Positions 1 to 8,355 of a DNA stretch of 64,000 nucleotides are shown here, piece after piece. The stretch is from Candidatus Omnitrophota bacterium (GTDB lineage: Bacteria > Omnitrophota > Gorgyraeia > 2-01-FULL-45-10): the NCBI GenBank assembly GCA_028715345.1, contig JAQUSB010000003.1:2004-66003 (forward strand). Reading direction: 5' to 3'. The notes under the pieces are model-generated. The model worked only from the letters and a program-made list of their open reading frames with translations, was not told the DNA's origin and did not search any database. The translations under genes were made by a program, and so were the position numbers. Positions within the stretch are counted from its first letter, which is position 1. The number at the start of each line of letters is the position of its first letter.

Positions 1-548
1 AGCATGTCGAGGTGGCGCGTAAATTCGTCGAGCCGCGTCAGTATATAGGGAACGTGCTCTTTTTCTATGTCGCGCCGGACGCCGCCGACTTTCAGCATAG
101 CGTAATTCTGCCTATTGCCCGTGACCGTCTCCATTATATCGCAGATGGGCTCCCTGTATTTCCAGCCCCACATGAATACCGTGTTGTAGCCTAAGAAATG
201 CCCTGCCAGCCCGGCCCAGAGCATATGCGAATGAAGACGCTCCAGTTCCTGCACTATCGAACGTATGTAAAGCGCCCTGTCCGGCACCTTTATCCCGCCC
301 AGGTCTTCGAGCGCCTGGACACAGGTGATCGGGTGGCTCGACGAGCATATGCCGCATATACGCTCCACGATGAATATCGACTGGTCGAAGGTCTTCGCCT
401 CGGATAATTTCTCGATGCCGCGATGGTTCCAGCCTATACGGACATCGACATCTACGACCTTCTCACCCTCGACGACGAGCTTGTAAAATTCCGGCTCTTC
501 CTGCAAGGGGTGATACGGGCCTATGGGTATATGCGCTTTATGGCTCAT
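1..548 (-). CDS. [NiFe]-hydrogenase large subunit, group-4 type (NuoD/EchE/HycE-like), N-terminal part; 3' end lies beyond window start
   Basis: Manual minus-strand translation from ATG at 546-548: MSHKAHIPIGPYHPLQEEPEFYKLVVEGEKVVDVDVRIGWNHRGIEKLSEAKTFDQSIFIVERICGICSSSHP... The RxCGxCxxxH motif is the N-terminal Ni-Fe ligand motif. The ATG overlaps the upstream gene's stop as ATGA. Not in the ORF track because it runs off the window edge. Confidence 0.75.
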   Translation of the reverse strand, partial: MSHKAHIPIGPYHPLQEEPEFYKLVVEGEKVVDVDVRIGWNHRGIEKLSEAKTFDQSIFIVERICGICSSSHPITCVQALEDLGGIKVPDRALYIRSIVQELERLHSHMLWAGLAGHFLGYNTVFMWGWKYREPICDIMETVTGNRQNYAMLKVGGVRRDIEKEHVPYILTRLDEFTRHLDM

Positions 549-1012
549 GCTTTCCTCGAATCTCTTTTGGGGACTATGAAATTCTTCCTCAAAGGGTAAA
601 CGCCCGTCGGCCAGTCATCGGGAAGAAGGAGCGGCCGCAGGTCGGTGTTGCCGTCAAAGTGTATGCCGAAAAGTTCATGCATCTCCCTCTCTATCCACCA
701 GGCCGATCTAGTTACACCAGTTATGGTGTCTATATGCGGGTCCTCTTTTTCTTTAATTATAGCGCGGAGGGAAACGACAAACCCGGACGCGTCTTCGGCG
801 AAATGGTAAAGCACTTCTATCGCGTCGAAATCATCGACCGCAGTGGCAATGGCAAATCTCAAGCCGAGCTCTTTGAACATATATTTAGTTAATAACACAA
901 TATCTTTCGGGTAGATGTCGACATAGGCGCGTTTCTCGTTCTTCTTCTCGGCCTTTATCACCTTCGACCCGAATTTATTCCGGATATCGCTTAAAATGTC
1001 ATCGATCTTCAT
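545..1012 (-). CDS. NuoC-like (complex I 30 kDa subunit family) hydrogenase subunit
   Basis: 155 aa. Resembles NuoC/EchD-type subunits of group 4 hydrogenases. Sits between the small and large subunit genes. Confidence 0.65.
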   Translation of the reverse strand: MKIDDILSDIRNKFGSKVIKAEKKNEKRAYVDIYPKDIVLLTKYMFKELGLRFAIATAVDDFDAIEVLYHFAEDASGFVVSLRAIIKEKEDPHIDTITGVTRSAWWIEREMHELFGIHFDGNTDLRPLLLPDDWPTGVYPLRKNFIVPKRDSRKA

Positions 1013-1013
1013 A

Positions 1014-1439
1014 TTATTTTTTCACCGTTATTTTATCGACTAGCTTTTTCATGCCCGCTATTATGGCTTCCGGTTTCGGCGGGCATCCCGGTATATACAC
1101 ATCCACAGGCACTATCTCGTCCAGAGGAGCGCCCGTATTGTAGCTGTCTTTGAATACCCCTCTCGACGAGCCGCACGCGCCCCAGGCCACGACGAACCCC
1201 GGCTTCGGCATCATCTCGTACAGCTTCTTTATGCGCGGCACGCAAAGCCTGTTCGTCGATCCCGTACATATCAGGACATCGGCGTGCTTGACGCTGCCGA
1301 CCATGATTATGCCGAAGCGTTCCAGGTCGTATCTCGGCGTAAGCGTGTCGAGAAATTCTATGTCGCAGTTATTGCAGCTGCCGCTCGAAAGATGGAACGC
1401 GTATATCGATTTGGACAATACCTTCTCTTTAAATCCCAT
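1014..1439 (-). CDS. [NiFe]-hydrogenase small subunit, NuoB-like (20 kDa family)
   Basis: 141 aa. Cysteines in NuoB/EchC-like spacing: SCNNCD...CTGS...ACGS...PGCPP. This is the proximal 4Fe-4S signature. Confidence 0.75.
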   Translation of the reverse strand: MGFKEKVLSKSIYAFHLSSGSCNNCDIEFLDTLTPRYDLERFGIIMVGSVKHADVLICTGSTNRLCVPRIKKLYEMMPKPGFVVAWGACGSSRGVFKDSYNTGAPLDEIVPVDVYIPGCPPKPEAIIAGMKKLVDKITVKK

Positions 1440-1440
1440 T

Positions 1441-2382
1441 TTACCTTCCTAAATATGCCAGCGCCGCCGCGATCACGGCGAGCGCGGTAACCGGCCCCCA
1501 GAAAAATTTCACGGCGTGGTCTATCCTTACTCTCGGGTTCGTATTTTTTATCACGACGATGAGCGCAAGTATTATCACGTATTGGATAACGGTCCTGATA
1601 ATGCCTTCAGAGCTGAATGTTATGCCGCCGAAATAAAGTATTATCATCAGGATCGGCAGCGCGAATAGCATTACCGCTTTTGCCAGCTTGAATATCCCCA
1701 GCGCTTTGCCGGAATACTCGATATACGTACCGGCCATTATCTCTGTCTCCGCCTCGGCTATGTCGAACGGTGTAAAACCGAGCTTCGCCTGGACGCACAA
1801 AAGCATTACAATGAACGAAATAACCCCGGAAGCGCTTGCGATCGTATTGCCGTTTGCGGCCTGATGCATCATTATATCACCGAGCCTTATCGCGTAACCA
1901 CTCTTTATTACGGGCACGAGCACCGCTATCACGAACGGCAGTTCGTACGACAACATGAGCTTCATCTCCCTGGAAGCGCCCAGCGAAGCGAGCGGGTTCT
2001 CCGACGCAAAGCCTCCGAGCATCAGGCTTATCGCCGGGATCATTAAAAGGTATATGACGACTATGAGGTCGCCTATGAATCCGGATCCCGGCGCAGGGCT
2101 TATGACTAGGATCATCGTCGAGACGAGCGTCGCGCTTGCCAAAGACAATAGCGGCATCCCCAGAAATATCGCTTTCGAAACGCCTTCCGGTATCAATGTC
2201 TCTTTATAAAAGAGCAGTTTTATCACGTCGAGAAAATTCTGGTACCACGGCGGGCCCACTCTCCATTGGACACGCGCGGTAAGGCGCCTGTCCACCCATC
2301 CGGCGAAAAGCCCCATAGTCGCGGAGAACGCGAAGCCGGGGAAAACCAGGAACAGGAATAAATATTCCAATATCTTCATCAT
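1441..2382 (-). CDS. Membrane subunit of hydrogenase, NuoH/HycD/EchB-like
   Basis: 313 aa, polytopic hydrophobic protein. Size and helix pattern fit the NuoH/HycD family. Adjacent to the hydrogenase subunit genes. Confidence 0.6.
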   Translation of the reverse strand: MMKILEYLFLFLVFPGFAFSATMGLFAGWVDRRLTARVQWRVGPPWYQNFLDVIKLLFYKETLIPEGVSKAIFLGMPLLSLASATLVSTMILVISPAPGSGFIGDLIVVIYLLMIPAISLMLGGFASENPLASLGASREMKLMLSYELPFVIAVLVPVIKSGYAIRLGDIMMHQAANGNTIASASGVISFIVMLLCVQAKLGFTPFDIAEAETEIMAGTYIEYSGKALGIFKLAKAVMLFALPILMIILYFGGITFSSEGIIRTVIQYVIILALIVVIKNTNPRVRIDHAVKFFWGPVTALAVIAAALAYLGR

Positions 2383-2409
2383 AAGTTATCCGTAATTGTA
2401 TCCACAATT

Positions 2410-2435
2410 GTAGGTCACCCTTAAGGGTGACCTAC
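2410..2435. repeat. 26-nt perfect palindrome, copy 1: gtaggtcaccc-ttaa-gggtgacctac
   Basis: Perfect inverted repeat overlapping the stop codon of the ferredoxin gene. Lies 28 nt upstream of the NuoH-like start. No U-tract follows. Confidence 0.6.
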
Positions 2436-2953
2436 TGCTGAGGGATCCGCTTCTTTACCGGGATCGTTTCTCCGATCCCTCTTTCCCATTTGAAATTCGT
2501 CTTGACGAGCAGATTTTCCGATATCTTGAAAATATTTTCTTCTTTATTCTCGTCGAACTCGCCGAAACGTATCCCGCCGTGACTGCACATCTCCAAACAT
2601 ACCGGCGATTGCCCCTCCTGCAACCTGCCTAAGCAATAGTCGCAGCGCGCTATAACGAAAGGTATCGTCTCCGGATAAATGACCCCGAACGGGCAGGCGC
2701 GCGAACAGCTCTTGCACGAAGTGCACCGCATCGAGTAGCGCTTCAACGCGTTATACGGCTGGAATTCGAGCGCTTTCCACGGGCACGACGCGACGCACGG
2801 TGAGTCCTCGCACCGCCTGCAGACAAGCGCGAAGTGCGCGAATTCAAGAAGGCTCAGCACGCCGTTATTCGACGGGTGCTGGATGTAGCTGCAGACCACG
2901 CCGCATTCCCGGCAATTCAGGCATATGTCCAGATCTATGAGCAGTCTCTTCAT
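2432..2953 (-). CDS. Poly-ferredoxin, 4Fe-4S clusters (HycB/HyfA-like electron transfer subunit)
   Basis: 173 aa with four Cys clusters: CLNCRECGVVC, CRRCEDSPCVASCP, CTSCKSCSRACP, CDYC...C...C. Confidence 0.6.
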   Translation of the reverse strand: MKRLLIDLDICLNCRECGVVCSYIQHPSNNGVLSLLEFAHFALVCRRCEDSPCVASCPWKALEFQPYNALKRYSMRCTSCKSCSRACPFGVIYPETIPFVIARCDYCLGRLQEGQSPVCLEMCSHGGIRFGEFDENKEENIFKISENLLVKTNFKWERGIGETIPVKKRIPQQ

Positions 2954-3772
2954 TTAATCCCAGATCTTCTGCAGATCCTTTATCTTGTCGTAAGTGAACA
3001 CAGGCCCGTCCTTACACGCGTAGTAAGGCCCTATTCTGCAATGGCCGCATTTACCGATACCGCACGACATATTCTTTTCCATCGACAAATATATGGCGCT
3101 CTCCTTTATACCGAGGTCGAGAAGCTTGAACGTGACGAACTTCATCATTATCGGAGGGCCGCATACTATCGCTGCGGTATTATTTATGTCGACGAGGCCG
3201 GGCTTCAATACGGTGGTAACCAGGCCTACGTTCCCTTTCCATGTATCGTCGCCCACATCCACGCTCACTTCTATGTCTATGTGCGGTGCTTTCGCTTTCC
3301 AGGAATCTATCTCATTCTTAAAAACTATATCTTTGGGCGAACGCGCGCCGTATTTCAACACTATCTTTTTGTAATCGTTGACCTCGTTAAATAGCGCGTA
3401 TAGAAGCGCCCGCAACGGAGCCAGGCCTACGCCGCCGCCCACTATGAATAATTCTTTCCCCTTAAAATCTTTCAGCGGATAACCGAGGCCGTAAGGACCG
3501 CGGACACCGACGATGTCCCCTGCCTTCGCCTGGTGCAGGAGGCCGGTGACCCTGCCTGTGCGCATTATGGTAAAATCGAGAGTGTCCTTGGAATTGTGGT
3601 TCGATGAAGGCGTGAACGGCGCCTCGCCTATGCCCGGCATCGTCACGTCCATGAATTGGCCGGCGCGGAACCCTATCTCGGTCCGCGGCTTGAGCGTAAA
3701 AGTCTTTATGTTATGCGTCTCTTCTACGACTTTCAATATCTCGGCTTCTGTATATGCGTACGGATTAGTCAT
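2954..3772 (-). CDS. FAD/NAD(P)-binding oxidoreductase with C-terminal 2Fe-2S, sulfhydrogenase gamma (HydG) / AsrB-like
   Basis: 272 aa. Ferredoxin-NADP reductase-like fold motifs: RAGQFMDV and GGGVGLAPL. C-terminal CGIGKCGHC...C cluster, as in PyrK/HydG/AsrB. Confidence 0.65.
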   Translation of the reverse strand: MTNPYAYTEAEILKVVEETHNIKTFTLKPRTEIGFRAGQFMDVTMPGIGEAPFTPSSNHNSKDTLDFTIMRTGRVTGLLHQAKAGDIVGVRGPYGLGYPLKDFKGKELFIVGGGVGLAPLRALLYALFNEVNDYKKIVLKYGARSPKDIVFKNEIDSWKAKAPHIDIEVSVDVGDDTWKGNVGLVTTVLKPGLVDINNTAAIVCGPPIMMKFVTFKLLDLGIKESAIYLSMEKNMSCGIGKCGHCRIGPYYACKDGPVFTYDKIKDLQKIWD

Positions 3773-4814
3773 TCGGCGGTTTATTCCATTTTCCCAAAAC
3801 GAGCCCTTTTAAGACTTCGCGCAGGTCTATATCGCCCGGGCAAGCTTCGATGCACCTGCCGCAGCCCGTGCACGCGAAATAATTCAATACTTCCGGGAAG
3901 AAATCGAACTTCTTCTCGAACCTGTTGCGCAGGCGCTCATATAACTGCTTCCTGGGGTTCGCGCCCCCGGCGACCCTGGCAAATGTATTGTAGAGGCAGG
4001 CATCCCACATCCTGAAACGCTTGTTCCCTGCCGCCGTCTTCTCGTCGAATAAGAGGAAGCAGTGGCACGTCGGGCAGACGAGGTTGCACGCCCCGCATTC
4101 GACGCACGTGGAGGCGAAGTCCTGCCATAACTGCACCAGGTTATAATTTTTCTTCACGGCGCCTTTTATCTGGGCGGTATTCTGTGTTCCCCTTTTATCG
4201 ATAAAATACTGCACTTCCCTGGTAACTTTTTCGCGGTTGGCCTGCCTTTTATTGAGGTCTGTAGCCGTATGCGGTTTGAAGAACATCCTGAAATTATTTA
4301 CAAGCCTCTCGCCCGCGGCGCTACCTACTTCGACGATGAAATGGTCATTTATACCGGACAGGTTTATATCGAAATATTTTTGCGGGTAAGGCGCGCCTTC
4401 CATCGCCAGGCAGAAGCATGTCTCTTTGGCGTAAGTGCAGTCTGTACCTATAATGAGGGTGTTTTTCCTGTTCTCGGCGTAAAAGGGATCCTCGGCGTCG
4501 CCTTTTAAAAATACGAAATCCTGCAGGATCAGGCTCGACAGGTCGCAGCCCTTCACCCCGGCTATGATAACCGGCTTCTTTTCTTTGGGTTTGCCGTCAA
4601 GGATCTTTTCTCTGGCGGGATTTATAAAGCTCTTTAAGGGCTGCGTCTGTCTGATGCCGCCCAACTCTATATCGCTTTCTTTTCCTGGATCGAACTCGCC
4701 GAAATGCAGCCTTTCCCCTTTAACGTAGGGGACGAAAATCCTATGCTCGGAAGACAACCTCGTGAATAGATCGTACAGATCTTTTTTGGTGATTTTGTAA
4801 ATTTTTTTCTCCAT
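3765..4814 (-). CDS. Iron-sulfur subunit, sulfhydrogenase beta (HydB) / AsrA-like
   Basis: 349 aa. Motifs CVECGACNLVCPTCHC and CTGCGRCIEACP. The HydB/AsrA family is always paired with the gamma/B subunit. Confidence 0.6.
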   Translation of the reverse strand: MEKKIYKITKKDLYDLFTRLSSEHRIFVPYVKGERLHFGEFDPGKESDIELGGIRQTQPLKSFINPAREKILDGKPKEKKPVIIAGVKGCDLSSLILQDFVFLKGDAEDPFYAENRKNTLIIGTDCTYAKETCFCLAMEGAPYPQKYFDINLSGINDHFIVEVGSAAGERLVNNFRMFFKPHTATDLNKRQANREKVTREVQYFIDKRGTQNTAQIKGAVKKNYNLVQLWQDFASTCVECGACNLVCPTCHCFLLFDEKTAAGNKRFRMWDACLYNTFARVAGGANPRKQLYERLRNRFEKKFDFFPEVLNYFACTGCGRCIEACPGDIDLREVLKGLVLGKWNKPPND

Positions 4815-4888
4815 AACTTCTCATAGTGTAAGTATTTATTTTAGAACGCGCCGCAGGTTAAGTCAATTCAATTTTAGATACATTACCC

Positions 4889-5296
4889 CTAAAATTTTAC
4901 GACCATGGCCCTGGGCGGGCATGCCCTTACGCACAGCTCGCAAGCGATGCATTTGTCGGAATCGAACAGCACCTTCATCGTCTTTTTGTCTATATAGAGC
5001 GCTTCTGTGGGGCATACGGATATGCAGGCGCCGCACTGCGTGCACCTCGATTCGTCCCTGGTCACATCCTTGCTCAAAGGCTGTATCTTCACGCCGAGGC
5101 CTGTAAGGTATTTTACGCCAGCGACGTAATTTTCCTTTTTGCCTTTCAGCTCCAACACCATGAGCCCTTCTTCCTTGGGCGTTATCTTGGCCTGTAGAAT
5201 GTTAAAAACGAGGTCAAAATCTTTGACAAGCTTATAAACTATCGGCTCATCGACCAATTTGTGCGGAAAAGTAAGTACTATTCTTTTGGATACCAT
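4889..5296 (-). CDS. NIL-domain / 4Fe-4S ferredoxin fusion protein
   Basis: 135 aa. N-terminal NIL-like domain, then CTQCGACISVCP and CIACELCVRACP. Confidence 0.55.
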   Translation of the reverse strand: MVSKRIVLTFPHKLVDEPIVYKLVKDFDLVFNILQAKITPKEEGLMVLELKGKKENYVAGVKYLTGLGVKIQPLSKDVTRDESRCTQCGACISVCPTEALYIDKKTMKVLFDSDKCIACELCVRACPPRAMVVKF

Positions 5297-5327
5297 GTCA
5301 AAACCTCCCTCATGTTAAAACCTCGGC

Positions 5328-6047
5328 CTATATTAGCTTTATTTCTCCCCAGCTTCCTAACTTATCGCCTATTATTATCAAAACGCCTTTAACGCCTTCT
5401 ATCGAGCGGGCAAGATCGATACCTTTTTTTATATCGTCGCCGCTCTTCACGGCATTCCCCGCCACCGTGGCGGCGGCGTCGGCAAGGGCTGCGCTATCCG
5501 ATACGATGAGGGCCGCGTCGGCATTGCCGAAACTCAATGAGTGGCTGACGGTGCCGCTCGACGTGCAGACGCCTAAGCCCTTTTCACTCAGGCCTATCTC
5601 TATGGCGAGATTGCCTGTGAAAGGCGATCTATCGCCGGCGTATATGCCCATCTTTCTTGTTTTCGCGGACCTGATAAATATGTCGCCGCCGTTCTCCACT
5701 ATCACTTCGTCCGAGAAGGCCATAAGGTCCCGCCCGACGAACTCGGCTACCGCGCCCGCGACAGCGGCCATCGGCCCTACGCCTGCTTTCGCCGCGGCAT
5801 CGGCCATGGCCTTAATGATAGCGGGAGCATTATCCTTAAGATCCACCGGCGCCAACGATGTATAAAATTCCGGGTCTTTCCGGATATACCGTTCTATGTC
5901 TGCCCTGCATGCCAGTATCGATCCGCGGGCCTGGTCCGTCAAATTCCTGGCGGCCATTATAAAAAGATCGGTCTCCCTCTCTTTCACCTCGAAAGAAACG
6001 AGATCCTCGGAATCGACCCAATCCCTGTATGCGCGTTCTTTGAACAT
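5328..6047 (-). CDS. Uncharacterised protein, UPF0280/ApbE-like superfamily (tentative)
   Basis: 239 aa, Ala/Gly-rich. Family assignment is from recollection only. Confidence 0.3.
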   Translation of the reverse strand: MFKERAYRDWVDSEDLVSFEVKERETDLFIMAARNLTDQARGSILACRADIERYIRKDPEFYTSLAPVDLKDNAPAIIKAMADAAAKAGVGPMAAVAGAVAEFVGRDLMAFSDEVIVENGGDIFIRSAKTRKMGIYAGDRSPFTGNLAIEIGLSEKGLGVCTSSGTVSHSLSFGNADAALIVSDSAALADAAATVAGNAVKSGDDIKKGIDLARSIEGVKGVLIIIGDKLGSWGEIKLI

Positions 6048-6053
6048 ATTATT

Positions 6054-7058
6054 TTAGCATATCCTGGGCAATTGTTCACCCGATAGCATATCCACAAGCC
6101 TGCGCCCGCCTGCCGCCGTATTTAGGCAAACTTTGCCCTTCTCTTCTTTAGTGATTTCCCCTATGATGTTCGCGCGCTTTCCGTTCTTATCTTTGCGGAT
6201 GATCTTCAATATTTTGTCCGCCTCTTTTGCCGCCGCGATAAAAATAACGCGCCCTTCGCAGGCAAGATAGAGCGGATCAAAACCCAAAAGCTCGCACGCC
6301 TGCCCGACGCCGTCACTGACAGGGACGGCTTTCTCGTCCAGAGCGATCCCGAACTTATGCGATGCCGTGATCTCGTTAAGCGTCGTGGCAACGCCGCCCC
6401 TCGTCGGATCTCTCATGAATTTCACGCTCGTCCCGGACGCTTTCAGGACTTTTTCGATAAGCCTGTTCAAGGCAGCCGAGTCGCTCTTTACTTTTGTTTT
6501 GAATTCAATGCCTTCGCGCCCAGACAGGACGCTTATAGCGTGTTCGCCTATGGGCCCGCTTACGATAACTTTATCTCCTGCCTTTATCCTATCGGGCGAA
6601 AGTTTATCGTAATATATCTCGCCCAGCCCGCTCGTATTTATGAAAATCTTGTCACAGCTTCCCCTCTCGACCACTTTTGTATCGCCGGTCACTATGCTTA
6701 CGCCTGCTTTTTCGGCTGCCGCGGCGGCGGACCTTACTATCTTTTCCAATATGCTTTTATCGAGCCCTTCTTCTATTATGAGGCCGAACGAAAGGTGTGC
6801 CGGGCGGGCGCCGCATACCGAAAGATCGTTCACCGTCCCGTGCACAGCGAGGCTGCCTATGTCCCCTCCCGGGAAAAATATCGGGTTAACAACGTATGAG
6901 TCCGTCGTGAACGCTATCCGCGTTTTGCCTATCGTCAATATCGCGGAATCTTTTTTCTGGCGCAGTATATTATTATCGAATTCCTTCATGATTACAGAAT
7001 CGATGAGCTTATGCATCAATGTCCCGCCGCTGCCGTGGGAAAGCGTTATCTTGTCCAT
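6054..7058 (-). CDS. hypE: Hydrogenase maturation carbamoyl dehydratase HypE
   Basis: AIR-synthase-like fold (MDKITLSHGSGG...). Ends with the conserved C-terminal PRIC motif. Start moved to the internal ATG at 7056-7058, because the longer ORF would overlap hypD by 68 nt. Confidence 0.8.
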   Translation of the reverse strand: MDKITLSHGSGGTLMHKLIDSVIMKEFDNNILRQKKDSAILTIGKTRIAFTTDSYVVNPIFFPGGDIGSLAVHGTVNDLSVCGARPAHLSFGLIIEEGLDKSILEKIVRSAAAAAEKAGVSIVTGDTKVVERGSCDKIFINTSGLGEIYYDKLSPDRIKAGDKVIVSGPIGEHAISVLSGREGIEFKTKVKSDSAALNRLIEKVLKASGTSVKFMRDPTRGGVATTLNEITASHKFGIALDEKAVPVSDGVGQACELLGFDPLYLACEGRVIFIAAAKEADKILKIIRKDKNGKRANIIGEITKEEKGKVCLNTAAGGRRLVDMLSGEQLPRIC

Positions 7059-7062
7059 TTTA

Positions 7063-8145
7063 TTATATCCTGCCCCTGTATTTATAATACGCCGCGCACG
7101 CCCCTTCGCTCGACACCATACAGGCGCCAACGGGATGCTCCGGGGTACAAAGTTTCGCGAACAATTTGCACTCGGGCGGCGTCTTCACTCCCTTTATTAC
7201 TTCGCCGCATATGCACGCCTTGTTTTCCTTCGGCGCGGCTATCTTCGGTTTAAATCTCGCCTCGGCATCGAATGCGCCGAATTCTTTTCGTATTTTTAAG
7301 CCGCTCTTTTTTATGCATCCTATACCGCGCCACGAAGAATCGTCAGCCTCAAAAACTTTATCGATGCTGTTTTTCGCTAATCTGTTCCCCGACTTCGTTA
7401 TTATCCTCGTATATTGTATCTCGATTTTCGGAGTCTTTTGTTCCAACAGCATCAATATCGCCTGCAATATATCGAGCGGCTCGATCCCGGCTACAACGCA
7501 GCGTTTCCCTCTTTTAGTCAAAAATCGATACGGCGCCGTCCCTATTACCGCGCTGACGTGGCCCGGTAGTAAAAATCCGTCTATATTAAGCTTCGGCTCT
7601 TCGGTCAGGGCCTTCAATGCCTCAGGCATCGTTTTATGGCCGCAGAGGACGGAGTAATTTTTCAATTTTTCTTTTTTTGCCGCGATAATAGACTGCGCGA
7701 CCGTCGGCGCCGTCGTTTCAAAACCTATCCCTAAAAATATCACCTCTTTATCCGGGTTTTTCTTTGCCAATTCAAGCGCGTCCATACTCGAATAGACCAT
7801 TTTTACTGCCGCGCCGCGGGCTTTTTCCTTATCGAGGCTCGAATGCGAGCCCGGCACCCTGAACATGTCGCCGAATGTCGCGATAATAGAATCTTTCCTT
7901 CGGGCAAGCGCTATCGCTTTATCGATGAACTCATTCGGCGTAACGCATACCGGGCATCCCGGGCCGGATATGAGGTTGATGTTCCCGGGCAATATGCCGC
8001 GCAAGCCGAAACGGAATATGCTCATCGTGTGCGTACCGCACACTTCCATGAAATTGTACCCACGGCGCGGATCCGCCTTCGCGCGTATCCGGCCGGCGAC
8101 TTTGTCTATGAGCCGCCTATTTCTGAATTCGTCTATGTATTTCAT
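7063..8145 (-). CDS. hypD: Hydrogenase maturation factor HypD
   Basis: 360 aa. Motifs CGTH, GPGCPVC and CPVC characteristic of HypD. Confidence 0.85.
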   Translation of the reverse strand: MKYIDEFRNRRLIDKVAGRIRAKADPRRGYNFMEVCGTHTMSIFRFGLRGILPGNINLISGPGCPVCVTPNEFIDKAIALARRKDSIIATFGDMFRVPGSHSSLDKEKARGAAVKMVYSSMDALELAKKNPDKEVIFLGIGFETTAPTVAQSIIAAKKEKLKNYSVLCGHKTMPEALKALTEEPKLNIDGFLLPGHVSAVIGTAPYRFLTKRGKRCVVAGIEPLDILQAILMLLEQKTPKIEIQYTRIITKSGNRLAKNSIDKVFEADDSSWRGIGCIKKSGLKIRKEFGAFDAEARFKPKIAAPKENKACICGEVIKGVKTPPECKLFAKLCTPEHPVGACMVSSEGACAAYYKYRGRI

Positions 8146-8148
8146 TTT

Positions 8149-8355
8149 TTACAGGTCTTTTAACGCGCGGAGAGTCTTACGCGCTTCGCTTTCTTTGAGT
8201 TTCTCGATCGCGAATCCCGCGTGCATGAGGATGTAGTCACCCGGCCTCGCCGTCTTCATCAGCGAGAAGTTCGCTTTTTTGCGCAAGCCGCCGGATTCGA
8301 CGACCCCATCGTCACCGTCTATCTTTATGACCTTCATCGGTATCCCTAAACACAT
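8149..8355 (-). CDS. hypC: Hydrogenase maturation factor HypC/HupF
   Basis: 68 aa. N-terminal MCLGIP motif. Confidence 0.8.
   Translation of the reverse strand: MCLGIPMKVIKIDGDDGVVESGGLRKKANFSLMKTARPGDYILMHAGFAIEKLKESEARKTLRALKDL

Noticed and set aside
2410-2435. Interpreting the three 26-nt palindromes as rho-independent terminators.
   Set aside because: No U-tract follows on either strand in any copy. Their position and covariation are better described as a conserved structured repeat or operator.
6054-7130. The longer HypE ORF starting at 7130.
   Set aside because: It would overlap hypD by 68 nt and add an Arg-rich leader not found in HypE. The conserved N-terminus starts at MDKITLSHG (ATG 7056-7058).
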